From Stegostoma tigrinum (taxonomy: Eukaryota): a stretch of 64,000 nt of DNA. Made by a program: the position numbers and the translations under genes. This document shows, piece by piece, positions 1 to 12,519 of the stretch. The stretch is from NCBI RefSeq assembly GCF_030684315.1, contig NC_081400.1, forward strand, positions 3,589,795-3,653,794. Reading direction: 5' to 3'. The notes under the pieces are model-generated. The model did no database searches. It worked only from the letters and a program-made list of their open reading frames with translations, and was not told the DNA's origin. The number at the start of each line of letters is the position of its first letter. Position 1 is the stretch's first letter.

Positions 1-540
1 TCCACCTTCACATACCTTCCAAGAAAGGTCAAGACATCAACTGCTGGCACATGCGGGTTGTACATGTGTACAGTCACCATAGAGTTCCTCTGCGCTGACA
101 TAAAGAACAGCGGGACAGCGGTCAATACAAAGAGGGGGCTCTCACCTCCTTTCTCCTTGAAAACCTCCAGGAAGCACTCACAAAGCTTGGCACTCCTGAA
201 GGTCACATCGTAAAAACCTTCTCCAGGGAAATCCTGCAGGCAGTAAATGTCCGCAGCAGCGAACCTGCAACAGTCCAACAGGACCCACTTCATGAAGAAG
301 GTGCGGTCCACAGGTGCACCTTCATCCACCTTCTTTACGGAAACACGGATGGTGTTCCGGACCCCCTGACCTGGGGCACGAGCACTCGCCGCAGCCATCG
401 TTGCAGGTTGGCTGCTCCCCTGAACCAGCGTTAGGCCGAAGCCAGCATTAAGATCCACTGGTGCAAGGGTGCACAGCCAACCCGACGTCTTCCTTTCATC
501 TCCAACCCAGCACTCTCCTCCTCTCGGTCCACAAGAGAGT
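1..540 (-). mobile_element. 5' end of a Tx1/L1-clade LINE: 5' UTR plus ORF1 N-terminus (ZCCHC3-like), ATG at 398, open off the left edge of the window
   Basis: Manual minus-strand translation from 398 gives MAAASARAPGQGVRNTIRVSVKKVDEGAPVDRTFFMKWVLLDCCRFAAADIYCLQDFPGEGFYDVTFRS...VTVHMYNPHVPAVDVLTFLGRYVKV with no stop. The IYCLQDFP..FYDVTF and VTVHMYNP motifs are typical of ZCCHC3-like Tx1 ORF1. The 5' boundary is approximate. Confidence 0.75.
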
Positions 541-552
541 GGGTCTTTATTT

Positions 553-1942
553 TGTTCCAGATGTAAGCTGGTTCACTGAGCTTGAAGGTTTGTTCCCAGA
601 TGTTTCGTCACCATTCTTCGTAGTTCCTTTGTGCTGCAGTGTGTAGTGGCCCGTTGGAATAATGTTCTAACGCAGCTTCGTTTGTACGTGTTGGGATGGT
701 TGCTCCTGTAGTTCAGTATTTGGTCCGTATGTGTTGTTTTCCTGTAGACGCTGGTTTGAAGTTCCCCATTGACTGTTCGCTCTACTGTGACATCTAGGAA
801 TGGCAGTTTGTTGTTGTTTTCCTCCTCAACATCAACAGTGAGCCTCCAACGAAGCGCTGGTGTTATGTCCCGCTTTCTATTTATCTGGTTAGGTTTCCTT
901 GGGTTGGTGATGTCATTTCCTGCGTTGGTGATGTCATTTCCTGTTCTTTTTCTCAGAGGATGGTCGATTGGCTCCAAATCAATGTGTTTGTTGATGGAGT
1001 TCCGGTTGGAATGCCATGCTTCTAGGAATTCTCGTGCATGTCTCTGTTTGGCTTGTCCTAGGATGGATGTGTTGACCCAATCAAAGTGGCGTCCTTCCTC
1101 ATCTGTATGTAAGGATACTAGTGATGGTGGATCATGTCTTTTTGTGGCTAGTTGATGTTCGTGTATCCTGGTGGCTAGCTTTCTGCATGTTTGCCCAATG
1201 TAGTGTTTGTCACAGTTCTTGCAAGGTATTTTGTGGATGACGTTCGTTTTGCTCGTTGTCTGTATAGGGTCTTTTAAGTTCATTAGCTGCTGTTTTACTG
1301 TGTTGGTGGGTTTGTGGGCTACCCCGATGCCAAGAGGTCTGAGTAGTCTGGCAGTCATTTCCGAAATGTCTTTGATGTAGGGGAGAGTGGTTATGGTTTC
1401 TGGGCCCGTTTTGTCTGTTCGTTTGGGTTTATTGCTGAGGAATCGGCGGACTGTGTTCATAGGGTACCCATTCTTTGTGAATACGCTGTACAGGTGATTT
1501 TCTTCTGCTGTCCGTAGTTCCTCTGTGCTGCAGTGTGTGGTGGCTCGTTGGAATAATGTTCTAATGCAGCTTTGTTTGTGGGTGTTGGGATGGTTGCTCC
1601 TGTAGTTCAGTATTTGGTCCGTATGTGTTGTTTTCCTGTAGACGCTGGTTTGAAGTTCCCCATTGGCTGTTCGCTCTACTGTGACATCTAGGAATGGCAG
1701 TTTGCTGTTGTTTTCCTCCTCTTTTGTGAATGTTATGCCAGTAAAGGGTATTATTGTTGGTCTTGAAGGTTTCCTCTAATTTGTTTTGTTTAGTGATGAC
1801 AAAGGTGTCATCCACATAGCGGACCCAAAGTTTGGGTTGGATGATTGGCAGAGCTGTTTGTTCGAGTCTCTGCATTACTGCCTCTGCTAAGAACCCTGAT
1901 ATCGGAGATCCCATGGGTGTACCGTTGGTTTGTCTGTAGTTT
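553..1942 (-). mobile_element. Penelope-like element, left (minus) arm: RT C-terminus, GIY-YIG endonuclease and 3' terminus, with an internal 210-bp insertion
   Basis: ORF 1561-2010(-) has GTPMGSPISG and WVRYVDDTF. ORF 573-1460(-) has NVIHKIPCKNCDKHYIGQT...RIHEH and REFLEAWHS. Bases 553-617 are the reverse complement of the right-arm terminus. Frameshifted. Confidence 0.9.
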
Positions 1943-3072
1943 GTCTGCCAATCATCCAACCCAAACTTTGGGTCCGCTAAGTGGATGACACCTTTGTCAT
2001 CACTAAACAAAACAAATTAGAGAAAACCTTCAAGACCAACAATAATACCCTTTACTGGCATAACATTGACAAAAGAGGAGGAAAACAACAACAAACTGCC
2101 ATTCCTAGATGTCACAGTAGAGCGAACAGTCAATGGGGAACTTCAAACCAGCGTCTACAGGAAAACAACACATACGGACCAAATACTGAACTACAGGAGC
2201 AACCATCCCAACACCCACAAACGAAGCTGCGTTAGAACATTATTCCAACGAGCCACTACACACTGCAGCACAAAGGAACTACGAAGAGCAGAAGAAAATC
2301 ACCTATACAGCGTATTCACAAAGAACGGGTACCCAATGAACACAGTCCGCCGATTTCTCAGCAACAAACCCAAACAAACAGATAAAACGGGCCCAGAATC
2401 CATAACCACTCTCCCCTACATCAAAGACATTTCGGAAATGACTGCCAGACTACTCGGACCTCTTGGCATCGGGGTAGCCCACAAACCCACCAACACAGTA
2501 AAACAGCAGCTAATGAACTTAAAAGACCCTACACAGACAACAAGCAAAACGAACGTCATCCACAAAATACCTTGCAAGAACTGTGACAAACACTACATTG
2601 GGCAAACATGCAGAAAGCTAGCCACCAGGATACACGAACATCAACTAGCCACAAAAACGACATGACCCACCATCACTAGTATCCTTACATACAGATGAGG
2701 AAGGATACCACTTTGATTGGGTCAACACATCCATCCTAGGACAAGCCAAACAGAGACATGCACGAGAATTCCTAGAAGCATGTCATTCCAACCGGAACTC
2801 CATCAACAAACACATTGATTTGGAGCCAATCGACCATTCTCTGAGAAAAAGAACAGGAAATGACATCACCAACGCAGGAAATGACATCACCAACCCAAGG
2901 AAACCTAAACAGATAAACAGAAAGCGGGACATAACACCAGCGCTTCATTGGAGGCTCACTGATGATGTTACCTAGAATGGTGACGGAACATCTGAAAACT
3001 AACCTTCCAGCTCAGTGAGCAAACTCACATCCAGAAACTCAACCTGAGCTACAAATCTTCTCAAAACTCGCC
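1943..3072 (+). mobile_element. Penelope-like element, right (plus) arm: RT C-terminus, GIY-YIG and 3' terminal (pLTR) region
   Basis: ORF 2066-2665 has LPFLDV, VYRKTTHTDQILNY.SNHP and HYIGQT. It is a near-identical inverted copy of 830-1852. The Y of YVDD is mutated to TAA at 1978-1980. Confidence 0.9.
2954..3020 (+). ncRNA. Minimal hammerhead-ribozyme motif in the Penelope terminus, core mutated
   Basis: GCTCA-CTGATGA(2959-2965)-TGTTACC/tagaat/GGTGACG stem II-GAAC(ATC)...TGAGC(3016-3020). The GAAA box carries a substitution relative to the left-arm copy (GACGAAAC). Confidence 0.6.
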
Positions 3073-3326
3073 AGTTCAGGTATGTATGAAATGAATTAGG
3101 TCGGACTTATAACATGTTGGAAAGAATTAAACACAGCAACCTCAATAGACAGATGGGAGCATTAAAGATAGCAAAGACATATGAGGCTCTTAGAGAAATT
3201 ATTGTCTTGGTGGAAATTAAAAACTCAATTCCAGATGTGATATGAACTTATGTTGAGGAATAGAAAGTTAAAACAGCATGAAGATCTGCAGAGAAAATGG
3301 AGACTGCAGATGCTGAAGAAGCCGGG

Positions 3327-3402
3327 ATAACAAAGTGTGGAGCTGGATGAACACAGCAGGCCAAGCAGCATCTTAGGAGCAGGAAAACTGACGTTTCGGG
3401 CT
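3327..3402 (-). mobile_element. Penelope-derived short repeat (3'-terminus family); related copies at 9467-9640, 19001-19090, 48454-48515
   Basis: GATAACAAAGTGTGGAGCTGGATGAACACAGCAGGCCAAGCAGCATC...GACGTTTCGGG recurs almost identically. Its reverse complement contains the CCCGAAACGTC hammerhead half. Confidence 0.7.
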
Positions 3403-4160
3403 GCAACCTTTTTGCTCTGAAGATCTGCAGAAATGGCAGATAAAGACACATTAGTGCATAAATTAACATCTAGCTCCTGACCGTAATTTTATTCCATGAA
3501 GGATAAAAATTGGGAAAACAGTAGATACTTCTATGAAAAACAAAAAAAACAGGTCACACTGGGGATGGTTTACTACATATAAAAAAAGAAACCCAAGAGG
3601 GTGGAAAAGAGGCTCAAGACATCAGGTGTTTTCACTGCAAATTAGGTGGGACATACAAAGTCGCAGTGGGGACAGATTAAGAAAAGCACTGGGGCAAAGA
3701 ATGTGGTAAAAGAGGCTAAACCATGGGATTAGTTGAGGTAGTGCTGGAAATCCCGAGGGAAGTCGAGGAGCTGCATGAGAGTACACGACCTAGTCATGGG
3801 CTGCTTCATAAGATAGAGCCCAATCTTTTCACAGGCTTCATCTGTATGGGAAAGACTGACTAAGGTAGAATGGAGGAGTAGATAGATTAGTTGAAATATT
3901 GAGAAAAACGGGACGGTGCTGTTTATAATAGTAAGAGATAAAAATATTTGCATTTCTTCTGAAATATTGCCCGAGTGAATGGTAATCTGTTGAGTAACTG
4001 GAGACAGGAGTAATGTTCCCCGTCTAAGACAACGTTAGAACGTCCAATTAATACTCGGAAAGTGATAGTGGGAGTCACGGAAAAATTGGCTACTCCGGAA
4101 ATACAGTTTATTCTTGGAAATAATGTAGCTGGATCACAGGTGGGAGTGACACCTATTGTC

Positions 4161-5864
4161 GAGTACTTTGCATTGGTATTCACCAAGGAGAGGGACATGA
4201 CGGATGTTGAGGTTAGGGATAGATGTTTGCTTAGTCTAGGTCAAGTTGACATAAGGAAGGAGGAAGTGTCAGGTATCCTAAAAGACATTAAGGTGGACAA
4301 GTCCCCAGGTCCAGATGGGATCTATCCCAGGTTAGTGAGGGAAGTGAGAGAGGAAATAGCCGGAGCCCTAACAGATATCTTTGCAGTGTCCTTAGACACG
4401 GGTGAGGTCCCAGAGGTCTGGAGACTTGCTAATGTTGTCCCCTCGTTTAAAAAGGGCAGCAAGGATAATCCAGGTAATTATCGACCAGTGAGCCTGACGT
4501 CAGTAGTAGGGAAGCTACTGGAGAAGATACTGAGGGATAGGATCTATTCCCATTTGGAAGAAAATGGGCTTATCAGTGATAGGCAACATGGTTTTGTGCA
4601 GGGAAGGTCATGTCTTACCAACTTTATAGAATTCTTTGGAGACGTGACAAAGTTGATAGATGTGGGAAAGGCTGTAGATGTCAGAAACATGGACTTCAGT
4701 AAGGTGTTTGATAAGGTTCCCCATGGCAGGCTGATGGAGAAAGTGAAGTCACATGGGGCCCAGGGTGTGCGAGCTAGATGGATTAAAAAACTGGCTGGGC
4801 GACAGGAGACAGAGGGTAGTAGTAGAAGGGAGTTTCTCAAATTGGAGATCTGTAACCAGTGGTGTTCCACAGGGATCTGTGCTGGGACCACTGTTGTTTG
4901 TGATATATGTAAATGGTCTGGAGGAAGGTGTAGGTGGTCTGATCAGCAAGTTTGCTGATGACACTAAGATTGGTGGAGTAGCTGATAGTGAAGAGGACAA
5001 TCCGAGATTACAGCAGAATATAGATAGACAGGAGAGTTGGACAGATAAATGGCAGATGGAGTTCAATCCGGCAATTGCAAGGTGATGCATTTTGGAAGAT
5101 CAAATTCAAGGGCGAACTATACAGTAAATGGAAAAGTCCTAGGGAAAATTGATGAACGGAGAGATCTGGGTGTTCAGGTCCATTGTTCCCTGAAGGTGAC
5201 AATGCAGGTCAATAGGGTGGTCAAGAAGGCATATGGCAGGCTTTCCTTCATTGGGTGGGGTATTGAGTACTAGAGTTGGCAGGTCATGTTGCAGTTGTAT
5301 AGGACTTTGGTTTGGCCACATTTGGAGTACTGTGTACAGTTCTGGTCGCCACATTACCAAAAGGATGTGGATGCTTTGGAGAGGGTGCAGAGGAGGTTCA
5401 CCAGGATGTTGCCTGGATTGGAGGGTGCTAGCTATGAAGAGAGGTTGAATAGATTGGGATTATTTTCATTAGAAAGACAGAGATTGAGGGGGGACCTGAT
5501 TGAGGTCTACAAAATTATGAGGCGTATAGACAGGGTGGATAGCAAGAAGCTTTTTCCAAGAGTGGGGGACTCAATTACGAAGGGTCATGAGTTCAAAGTG
5601 AGAGGAGGAAAGTTTAAGTGAGATATGCGTGGAAAGTTCTTTACACAGAGGGTGGTGGGCGCCTGGAACGCGTTGCCAGCAGAGGTGGTAGACGCAGACA
5701 CATTAGCGTCTTTTAAGATATATTTGGACAGGTGCATGGATGGACAGGGAGCAAATGGACACAGACGGTTAGAAAATAGATGACAGGTTAGACAGAGGAT
5801 CTTGATCGGCGCAGGCTTGGAGGGCCGAAGGGCCTGTTCCTGTGCTGTAGGTTTCTTTGTTTCT
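4161..5864 (+). mobile_element. 5'-truncated CR1 LINE (RT and 3' UTR) inserted in the Gypsy pol
   Basis: KSPGPDGIYP, NYRPVSLTSVVGKLLE, QHGFVQGRSCLTN, SGVPQGSVLGPLLF, SKFADDTK, HLEYCVQFWSPH; 3' tail (TTTCTTTG)2. TTGTC occurs at both ends (4156-4160, 5865-5869), and the Gypsy frame TPIV|MERP rejoins when it is removed. Confidence 0.93.
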
Positions 5865-6829
5865 TTGTCATGGAAAGGCCGAAAAAAAAATCAGGGAACT
5901 AAGGAGTTAAAAGAAAAATACCTTTCCAGACTGTATGGCGACAAGAACACATGGACATACATTAAATCAAGAAGTGAAAACAAATGAGAAAGATGAAGGA
6001 GCTGAGGTCCAGTTAGCTGACACTCTTTTTGCTGAGATGGCAAAGGAAAAACCGAAGCAAGTGAAGGATCTGATAGAGGTGTTTAGTTCTAGAAGATTAA
6101 TAGAATGACAAAAAAAGAGAGATGATAAATAATTAATATCATAAAGCCTACTCGGAAAGTAAATCAGAGTGTATTCTAGACAGCTATTATCCTGAGGATA
6201 AAATTGTAAAGCAGAAATGGGGACCTTTGCAGGGTAGTGTAGATGAGAAATGAGTGGAAGGTCACCAGATTGCGTTGCTGGTAGAAAACAGGCAGGGGGT
6301 ATTGTGGGAGCACACACAAATTTCCTGTAGGAGGGCATCTAGAAGGGAGGAATATTCAGGTTAAGATACGAAATCATCTTTATTGGCTTGGATTACATGA
6401 AGATGTGATTGAATATTGCCGTTCCCAGATGGTAAGAAAGCCACAAGCAGAGATAAACCCGGAGCCTTTGATGCCACTTCCTGCATTTGAAGAACCTTTT
6501 ACATGGGTTGTAAATGATTGTGTCAGTCTACTCCCTAAAACCAAATGGGAACCAATATTTGCTACTCATAATGGATGTTTCGCAAAATTCTGAAGGCAAT
6601 ACAATCACAGAATATCAAGACAAAAAAAAATGGGATGTGAAGGAGTTGCTTAATTTCTTTACCCATTATGGTGTACCCAGGGAAATTCAATCAGCCTGAG
6701 GGTCCAATTTACTGCCAAACTACTTAAGAAGATCATGGATCATTTATGTGTTAAACACTTTAAATCAAGTATGTACCATACTGAATACCAGGGAGCGTTG
6801 GAAATGTGGCATCAGACACTAAAGGCAAC

Positions 6830-7805
6830 AAAAATAAAGACAGAATACCCCTTGTCCTCACAAAGTGCACACCCCCCCCCCCCAACCTCCGCATCCAAAG
6901 CATCATTCTCCACTACTTCTGCCAACTATAATCCGACGTGATAACCAAAGAGATATCTCCCTTCCCACGCCCATCTGCCTTTCATAAGGACCACCTCCTC
7001 CACAACTCTCTCAGGCACTCCACACTTCCCACAAACCCCAACATCCCTGGCAGCTTTCCCTGCAACCGCATGAAGTGGTCTGGCTGCCCTGAGACCGACG
7101 CCCTCACTTTCATTCATGGCACAAAACAGACCATACGTGAGCAGGCAGGGGTTAACCTGTAAATCAATCAGCTTGGTCTACTGTATTCACTGCTCCCGAC
7201 ATGGCCTCCTCTACATTGATGAGTCCAAACGTAGACTCAGAAACATTTTCATAGAGCATCTGCACTCTGTTTGCGACAAAAGGCGACGCTTTCCAGTTGC
7301 CAACCATTTTAACACCCCCTCCCACTCGCTGGGTGACATGTCCATCCTGGGCCTCTTCCAGTGACACAATGAAACCACCCACAAATTGGAACAGCAATGC
7401 TTCATATTCCGTCTCAGGAGCCTCCAGCCCAATGGATTTCATCAGTTTTAAAATCTCCCACCCCCGGCCTCATCCTATGATCAACTGTCCCTTTCATCCT
7501 GCCTCCTTGATCTGACACAACCAGTCCATCTTCTCTCCTACCTATCCACCGCACCTATCCCACTGACCAAGCCTCACCACTCCCTACCTGCACTCAGCTA
7601 TCACCATTCCAACTGCACTCCCCAGCAATACCCTTCCTCTCTATAGTTATTTCCCAGCTCCCTTCCCTGTCCCCATTTCAGAAGAAGGGCCCCAACCTCA
7701 AATATCAACTTACCAGCTCCCCTGTTCCTGCCTGACCTGCTCTGTCCTTGCAGTCCCATATTGTGTTGTTTCTGGCTCTAGCATCCGCAGTTCTTACTAT
7801 CTGAT
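6830..7805 (+). mobile_element. Second Penelope-family 3' fragment (GIY-YIG) inserted in the Gypsy integrase
   Basis: TCKSISLVYCIHCSRHGLLYIDESKRRLRNIFIEHL...PVANHFN (7116-7364); degenerate hammerhead-like GAAGAAGGG..AAT ATCAAC at ~7680-7710. Confidence 0.8.
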
Positions 7806-10179
7806 CATTGAGAGATTATTGCCAGAGTTACTCAAATGATTGAGATAAAGCTATTACATTTATATTATGGGTTATTAGAGATGCTCCAAATGAATTGAAT
7901 CAGTTTACTCTGTTTGAACTGACATTTGAACACAAAGTCAGAGGTCCTTCAATGTTAATTCGGAAAAAGTTGATAGGTCTGAAGTCAGAAGTCTCACAGA
8001 TGGATTATGTAGCTGATGTAAGACAAAGATAATACAGAGTAGGTGAATTAGCTCGACAATATTTGAAGGTAGTGCAGCAACAGTACAAAGCAGAGAAAAA
8101 AAATAAAATTCGAGATTTGCCAGTGGGGATATAGCATCGGTGATGTTTTCAGTGGTAGGAGATCCTTTCAAATCAAGGTTTAGTTGTCCCTATCTGCTTG
8201 AGAACAATTTAAGTCAGGTGAGTAATCTGGTAAAGATGCCAGATGGGAAAAATAAATTGGGTATGTCATCTGAACATGCTGAAACATAACTGCGACAGGG
8301 AAAGGGAACCAGAGAAACGGGTGTTAGTTACAGTCACTCAGTGAGGGAAAAAATCTGAATGATTTGGATTCTGATGTGCATTACAGTAGTTTGAATAATG
8401 AGGAGGTACTTAAGGAGTGGGACAGGCTAGTGAGCTATGTGTCCCAGAAACAGAAATCTGAATTGAAAGACTTGTTACAGTGCTATGAGGACCCATGCAG
8501 AAATAGAATGGGGAGGGCTAATACCATTGTACTTGAGGTTGATGTATAGAATGCTGCTCAGATAAACCAACGTCTCTACTGCCTTAATCCTCTCAAAGCT
8601 GCACGGGTTTAGAAGAAAGCAGAAGCAATGGTCTAAGAAGACATTATGGAGGTGAGTCATAATGAGTGGATTTCGCTGACGGTGTTGGTTCCCACAGCTA
8701 ATGGTGCTGTATGTTTCTGCATAGAATATTTGAAGGCCAATGCAGTGAACAAAGCTGACTCATGCCCAACTCCAAGGCTGGAAGATTGAATGGAAAATGT
8801 AGGACAAGCCACATACATCACAAAATTAGACTTACTTCACGGTTTCTAGCATGTACCTTTGTCAGAGAGAGCAAAAGATGTTTCTGCTTTTGTAACCCCA
8901 AATGAGCTATATCAATTTAAAATAATTCCATTTGGAATGGAAAATGCACCAGAAACTTTTGAAAGGCTTTTGAACAGAAATGTTGTAAAATTGGCTAATT
9001 GTGTAGTCTACGAATATGACTTGTTGTCTTCAGCCATTCGTGGAAAGATCACATTTGGCACACTCTTTGAGACAGTACAGAAGTCAAAGTTGGTCATAAA
9101 CTTGGCAAAAGCGGAATTTGCTAAGGCAGAAGTGTTTCTTAGGGCACAACAACAGATACAGATGAATGACTCTGAGAACGTGAAAACAAAAGTCATCAAG
9201 GAATTTCCAAGATAATCGTCAAAGAAGGAAGTGCTATGATTTTCAGGATTCAGCAGATTCCACAGGAAATTTGTGCCATTCTTTCGTATTGTGGTGTCAC
9301 TGTTTACTGATTGGTTCAATAAGAACTCAAAATTTCGGTGGGCATATCAATGCCAGGTGGCATTTGAAAATTTACAACCAATGTTAACCACCACACCAGT
9401 TTTAGCCACGCCATTTTTTAAAAAAATTCAATATCTCCATCAATGCAAACAATGCTGGTGATTGAAGATAACAAAGTGTGGAGCTGGATGAACACAGCAG
9501 GCCAAGCAGCATCTCAGGAGCACAAAAGCTGACGTTTCGGGCCTAAACCCACAGCTGCTTGGTCTGCTGTGTTCATCCAGCCCCACACTTTGTTATGTTG
9601 GATTCTCCAGCATTTGCAGTTCCCATTATCTCTGATCACAATGTCGGTGATTGAGATGTGTTGTTACATAAGGATTATTGTGGAATTAAAATGCCAATCG
9701 GTTATTTTACAAAAGGAAAAACTTCACTAACCACCAGAAAAACGCTTTCAACCATTGAAAAAGAGCTATTGAGTTTGGTAATGGCTTCACAATATTTTAA
9801 TGTTAACGTTGCAAACAATGCAGCAGAGATGATTGTGTATATCGATCACAATCGTTTGAAATTTCTGGAAAGATTTATGAACAAGAGCACCAGATAATTT
9901 CGTTGGAGTCTCATGTTACAAGTATTTAGTTTACAGAATGTACATGTTGCGGATCGTGAAAATAGTACTGAGGATTCCTTGTCATAAGTTTAAAAGAAAA
10001 ATGCTTATATAACTCAGAAATGATAGTGTTTAATGTTATATACATTAATGAAATTAGTATAAAATATGCAAGACTGGATAAATCAGCTGTGGATTTCCTC
10101 ATATATTGGAGTTTCTTTAAAAAGGGGGGTAAATAAAGCCATCTTCTTATAAAAATGGTTCAGTTTTTAAGGGGGCAGG

Positions 10180-11166
10180 TGTTGCGAAGTTGGATGGAGA
10201 TCTTGTGGATTGGGAGGCAGAAGTTAGAACTTGGTGCTTGAAAAATATTAAGGGGGAAAGCATTGTGTGATCACTTTAAAAGATCTTGTGCTTTTACTGG
10301 GCTTAGAGATTTAAAATGAATGGCTGGGAGCAGCAGCTTGAAAGTTTGCAAGTAAGCAGAGAGCACTCGAATTGAAACTTCTGTATCAAAAGGCTGTACA
10401 GTTCACAGGCCAAGCAATATCTTTTTACCTCGACAACAGGCGTTTGAATTTTTTACAATTTAAAATCAATTTAATCCGGGTACTTACACAACAAAAACCT
10501 ATTAAATTTAAGCCTGGTGGATTTGACAATATAGGGCAAATCGTATTGTAAAAAATATTGATATTCCAACAAGGCTATAAAAAGAAGCGGGCAGTTGAAC
10601 AAAGACCCTTGACCTATCTGCTATTCGTCAGAGCTCATGGTCCTCAGTCTTCGTGGGAGAATTGTTGGTACTCGCAGCCTGCTCTATGTCTTTCAGAAAT
10701 CACCACCTAAATACCAACAGTACCAGTGGCACAACTAGTTAATATTCCTGGCAGAAGAATCGATGGAGAAGGCTCAAAACATTGTGCAAGGCACGCAAAC
10801 TGGCTGCAATTTCGAGGGACCAAATTCTTTTTATCATACATTTAGATGGGGCGTGTATTTATTGCAACAGTGTAGCATCAAAATCTCGATTTATTTGGGA
10901 ATTCTTAGTAGTAAGAGAGATTTATTCAGTTTGTTGAAAGTTTAGTTAATTTGTTCATTGGTAGACATAGATAAATAAATTTTTGCTTGTTGATTTTAAA
11001 GTATTAGTGATTCACTTCATTTCACGGCTAGAGGCCGCCAAAACGCGGATTACACCACTTTTCACACTACTTTTACGGATTATAGGTGGCGTGTTCCTCT
11101 TTGGGTATTCTGGTCTAAATTCTTAGAAAGCGTGGGGGGGTGGGGTTCAACCTCCACTTTGTAACA
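10180..11166 (+). mobile_element. 3' LTR of the Gmr1-like Gypsy element
   Basis: Polypurine tract AAGGGGGCAGG (10169-10179) is followed directly by TGTTG, and the LTR ends ...GTAACA (TGTT...AACA inverted termini). TATAAAA at ~10576 and AATAAA at ~10974. Confidence 0.75.
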
Positions 11167-12019
11167 ATAAAACCACAGAATATTAATTTGACAGAGCAGG
11201 GACGTTCTCTCTTTTTCTCTCACCCTTTGCCTTTTTGTGAAAATGTACAGTTGGATCGACAACGTTCTCAGAATCATCACGGCATTCCTCATTCATAGTA
11301 TTCATCCTGATTTTTTCCCGTTTGGAATAAGGTAGTCAATGAGGTAAGGATTAATATTATCAGGGGTCCATTGGCAATTTCTTATGCCTCGCTGCCCGTT
11401 CCCAGTTGTTAATTCCAGTTTCCAGTTCTGCCAGAGGGAAGCAGGAGACCCCACGATGAAAGGTGCGCATCTGAACCATTTGCAAAGTACATCACTGAGA
11501 CTCTCCAGTGGTTTAAGTATCAGAGATATACAAAGCACTGCGGGTTATGGAAATCTGAAACAAATACAGAGATTACTTGAGAAACTCAGAAATTGTTGTA
11601 GCAACTGCGGAGAAAGAAACAGAACTAATCTATCGAGTCAAGTATGACAATTCTTCAGGGCCAGTCTCTCAAGCATTTTCCATGTCAGTTTAGCCCTGGC
11701 ACTGATTCCTATCCATTATTATCTTGCACTATCTTTCCAGATTGATTCCGTGCCAGCTCAATACCTCCCTGTGCAGCTCTTTCTGGCACTCAAATGTAGA
11801 TTTAAGAAAGCTAAATGTAACCTGTAACTTTTTTTTATTTTTGTCTGCACTCAGTTATCAAGTGAGAGAGAGAACACAAAGAAGTAAATGAGAACAGAGA
11901 AAATTGGGATTGGCAGGTTGAACATCAAATGGAGAAATTCACGAGATTAGTGAATGCATTCCTCACTGTTAAACTGTTCTGTGAATAGTCCCATGCCTGT
12001 TTTCTTTTCTTTAAATCAA

Positions 12020-12370
12020 TATCCATCAATAACAGTGGTAATATTACGTCCGTATATCTGTGAGTTTCCTTCAAAATTTATTTATTTTTCAATGCAACAC
12101 CTAAGATTGTACTTATTCATAAATGCCAGCATTAACATTATACTTATTTTTAAATACCAAAGGTAACTGTTTTTATTTATAAGTACTAGCAGTAATATTG
12201 CATTTATTTATAATACAGTAACGTTGTATTGATATGTAAATACAATGCAGTTACATTATACTTATTTTTAAATACCAGAAGTAACGTTGTACGTATGTAC
12301 AATAACATTGTACTTATTTATAAATAAAAGTAACATTTTGTTCACTTACTAATGCCAGCAGAAATATTAA
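12020..12370. repeat. Degenerate AT-rich 31-bp minisatellite
   Basis: Unit ~TTGTACTTATTTATAAATACCAGCAGTAACA; repeats start at 12107 and 12138, among others. Confidence 0.7.
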
Positions 12371-12519
12371 TCTCTTGTCTGTTGGTTTTTTTTTTAAATA
12401 GTCTCATTGTTGTGTATAAATTTAGATTGTGGGATGTGTCACAAATGGGGTTTTCCGGAGTTTGGTATTAAGCTCCCTGATATTCGTAATAAAATTAATA
12501 ACTTAAACTTATGCACTCA

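Larger units (their letters stand above)
3073..11166 (+). mobile_element. Decayed Gypsy LTR retrotransposon of the Gmr1 type (gag-PR-IN-RT-RH order), 5' end missing, with nested insertions
   Basis: Zinc knuckle RCFHC..GHTKSQ ~3625-3670; protease C-terminus FILGNNVAG ~4105-4133; integrase (LMPLPAFEEPF..NDCV.LLPKT, GNQYLLLIMD, YGVPREIQS) 6300-6830; RT (SAFVTPNELYQFKIIPFGMENAPETFERL) 8500-9215; RNase H (STIEKELLSLV, YIDHNRLKFL) 9270-9990; PPT and LTR at the 3' end. Many stops and frameshifts. Confidence 0.85.
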
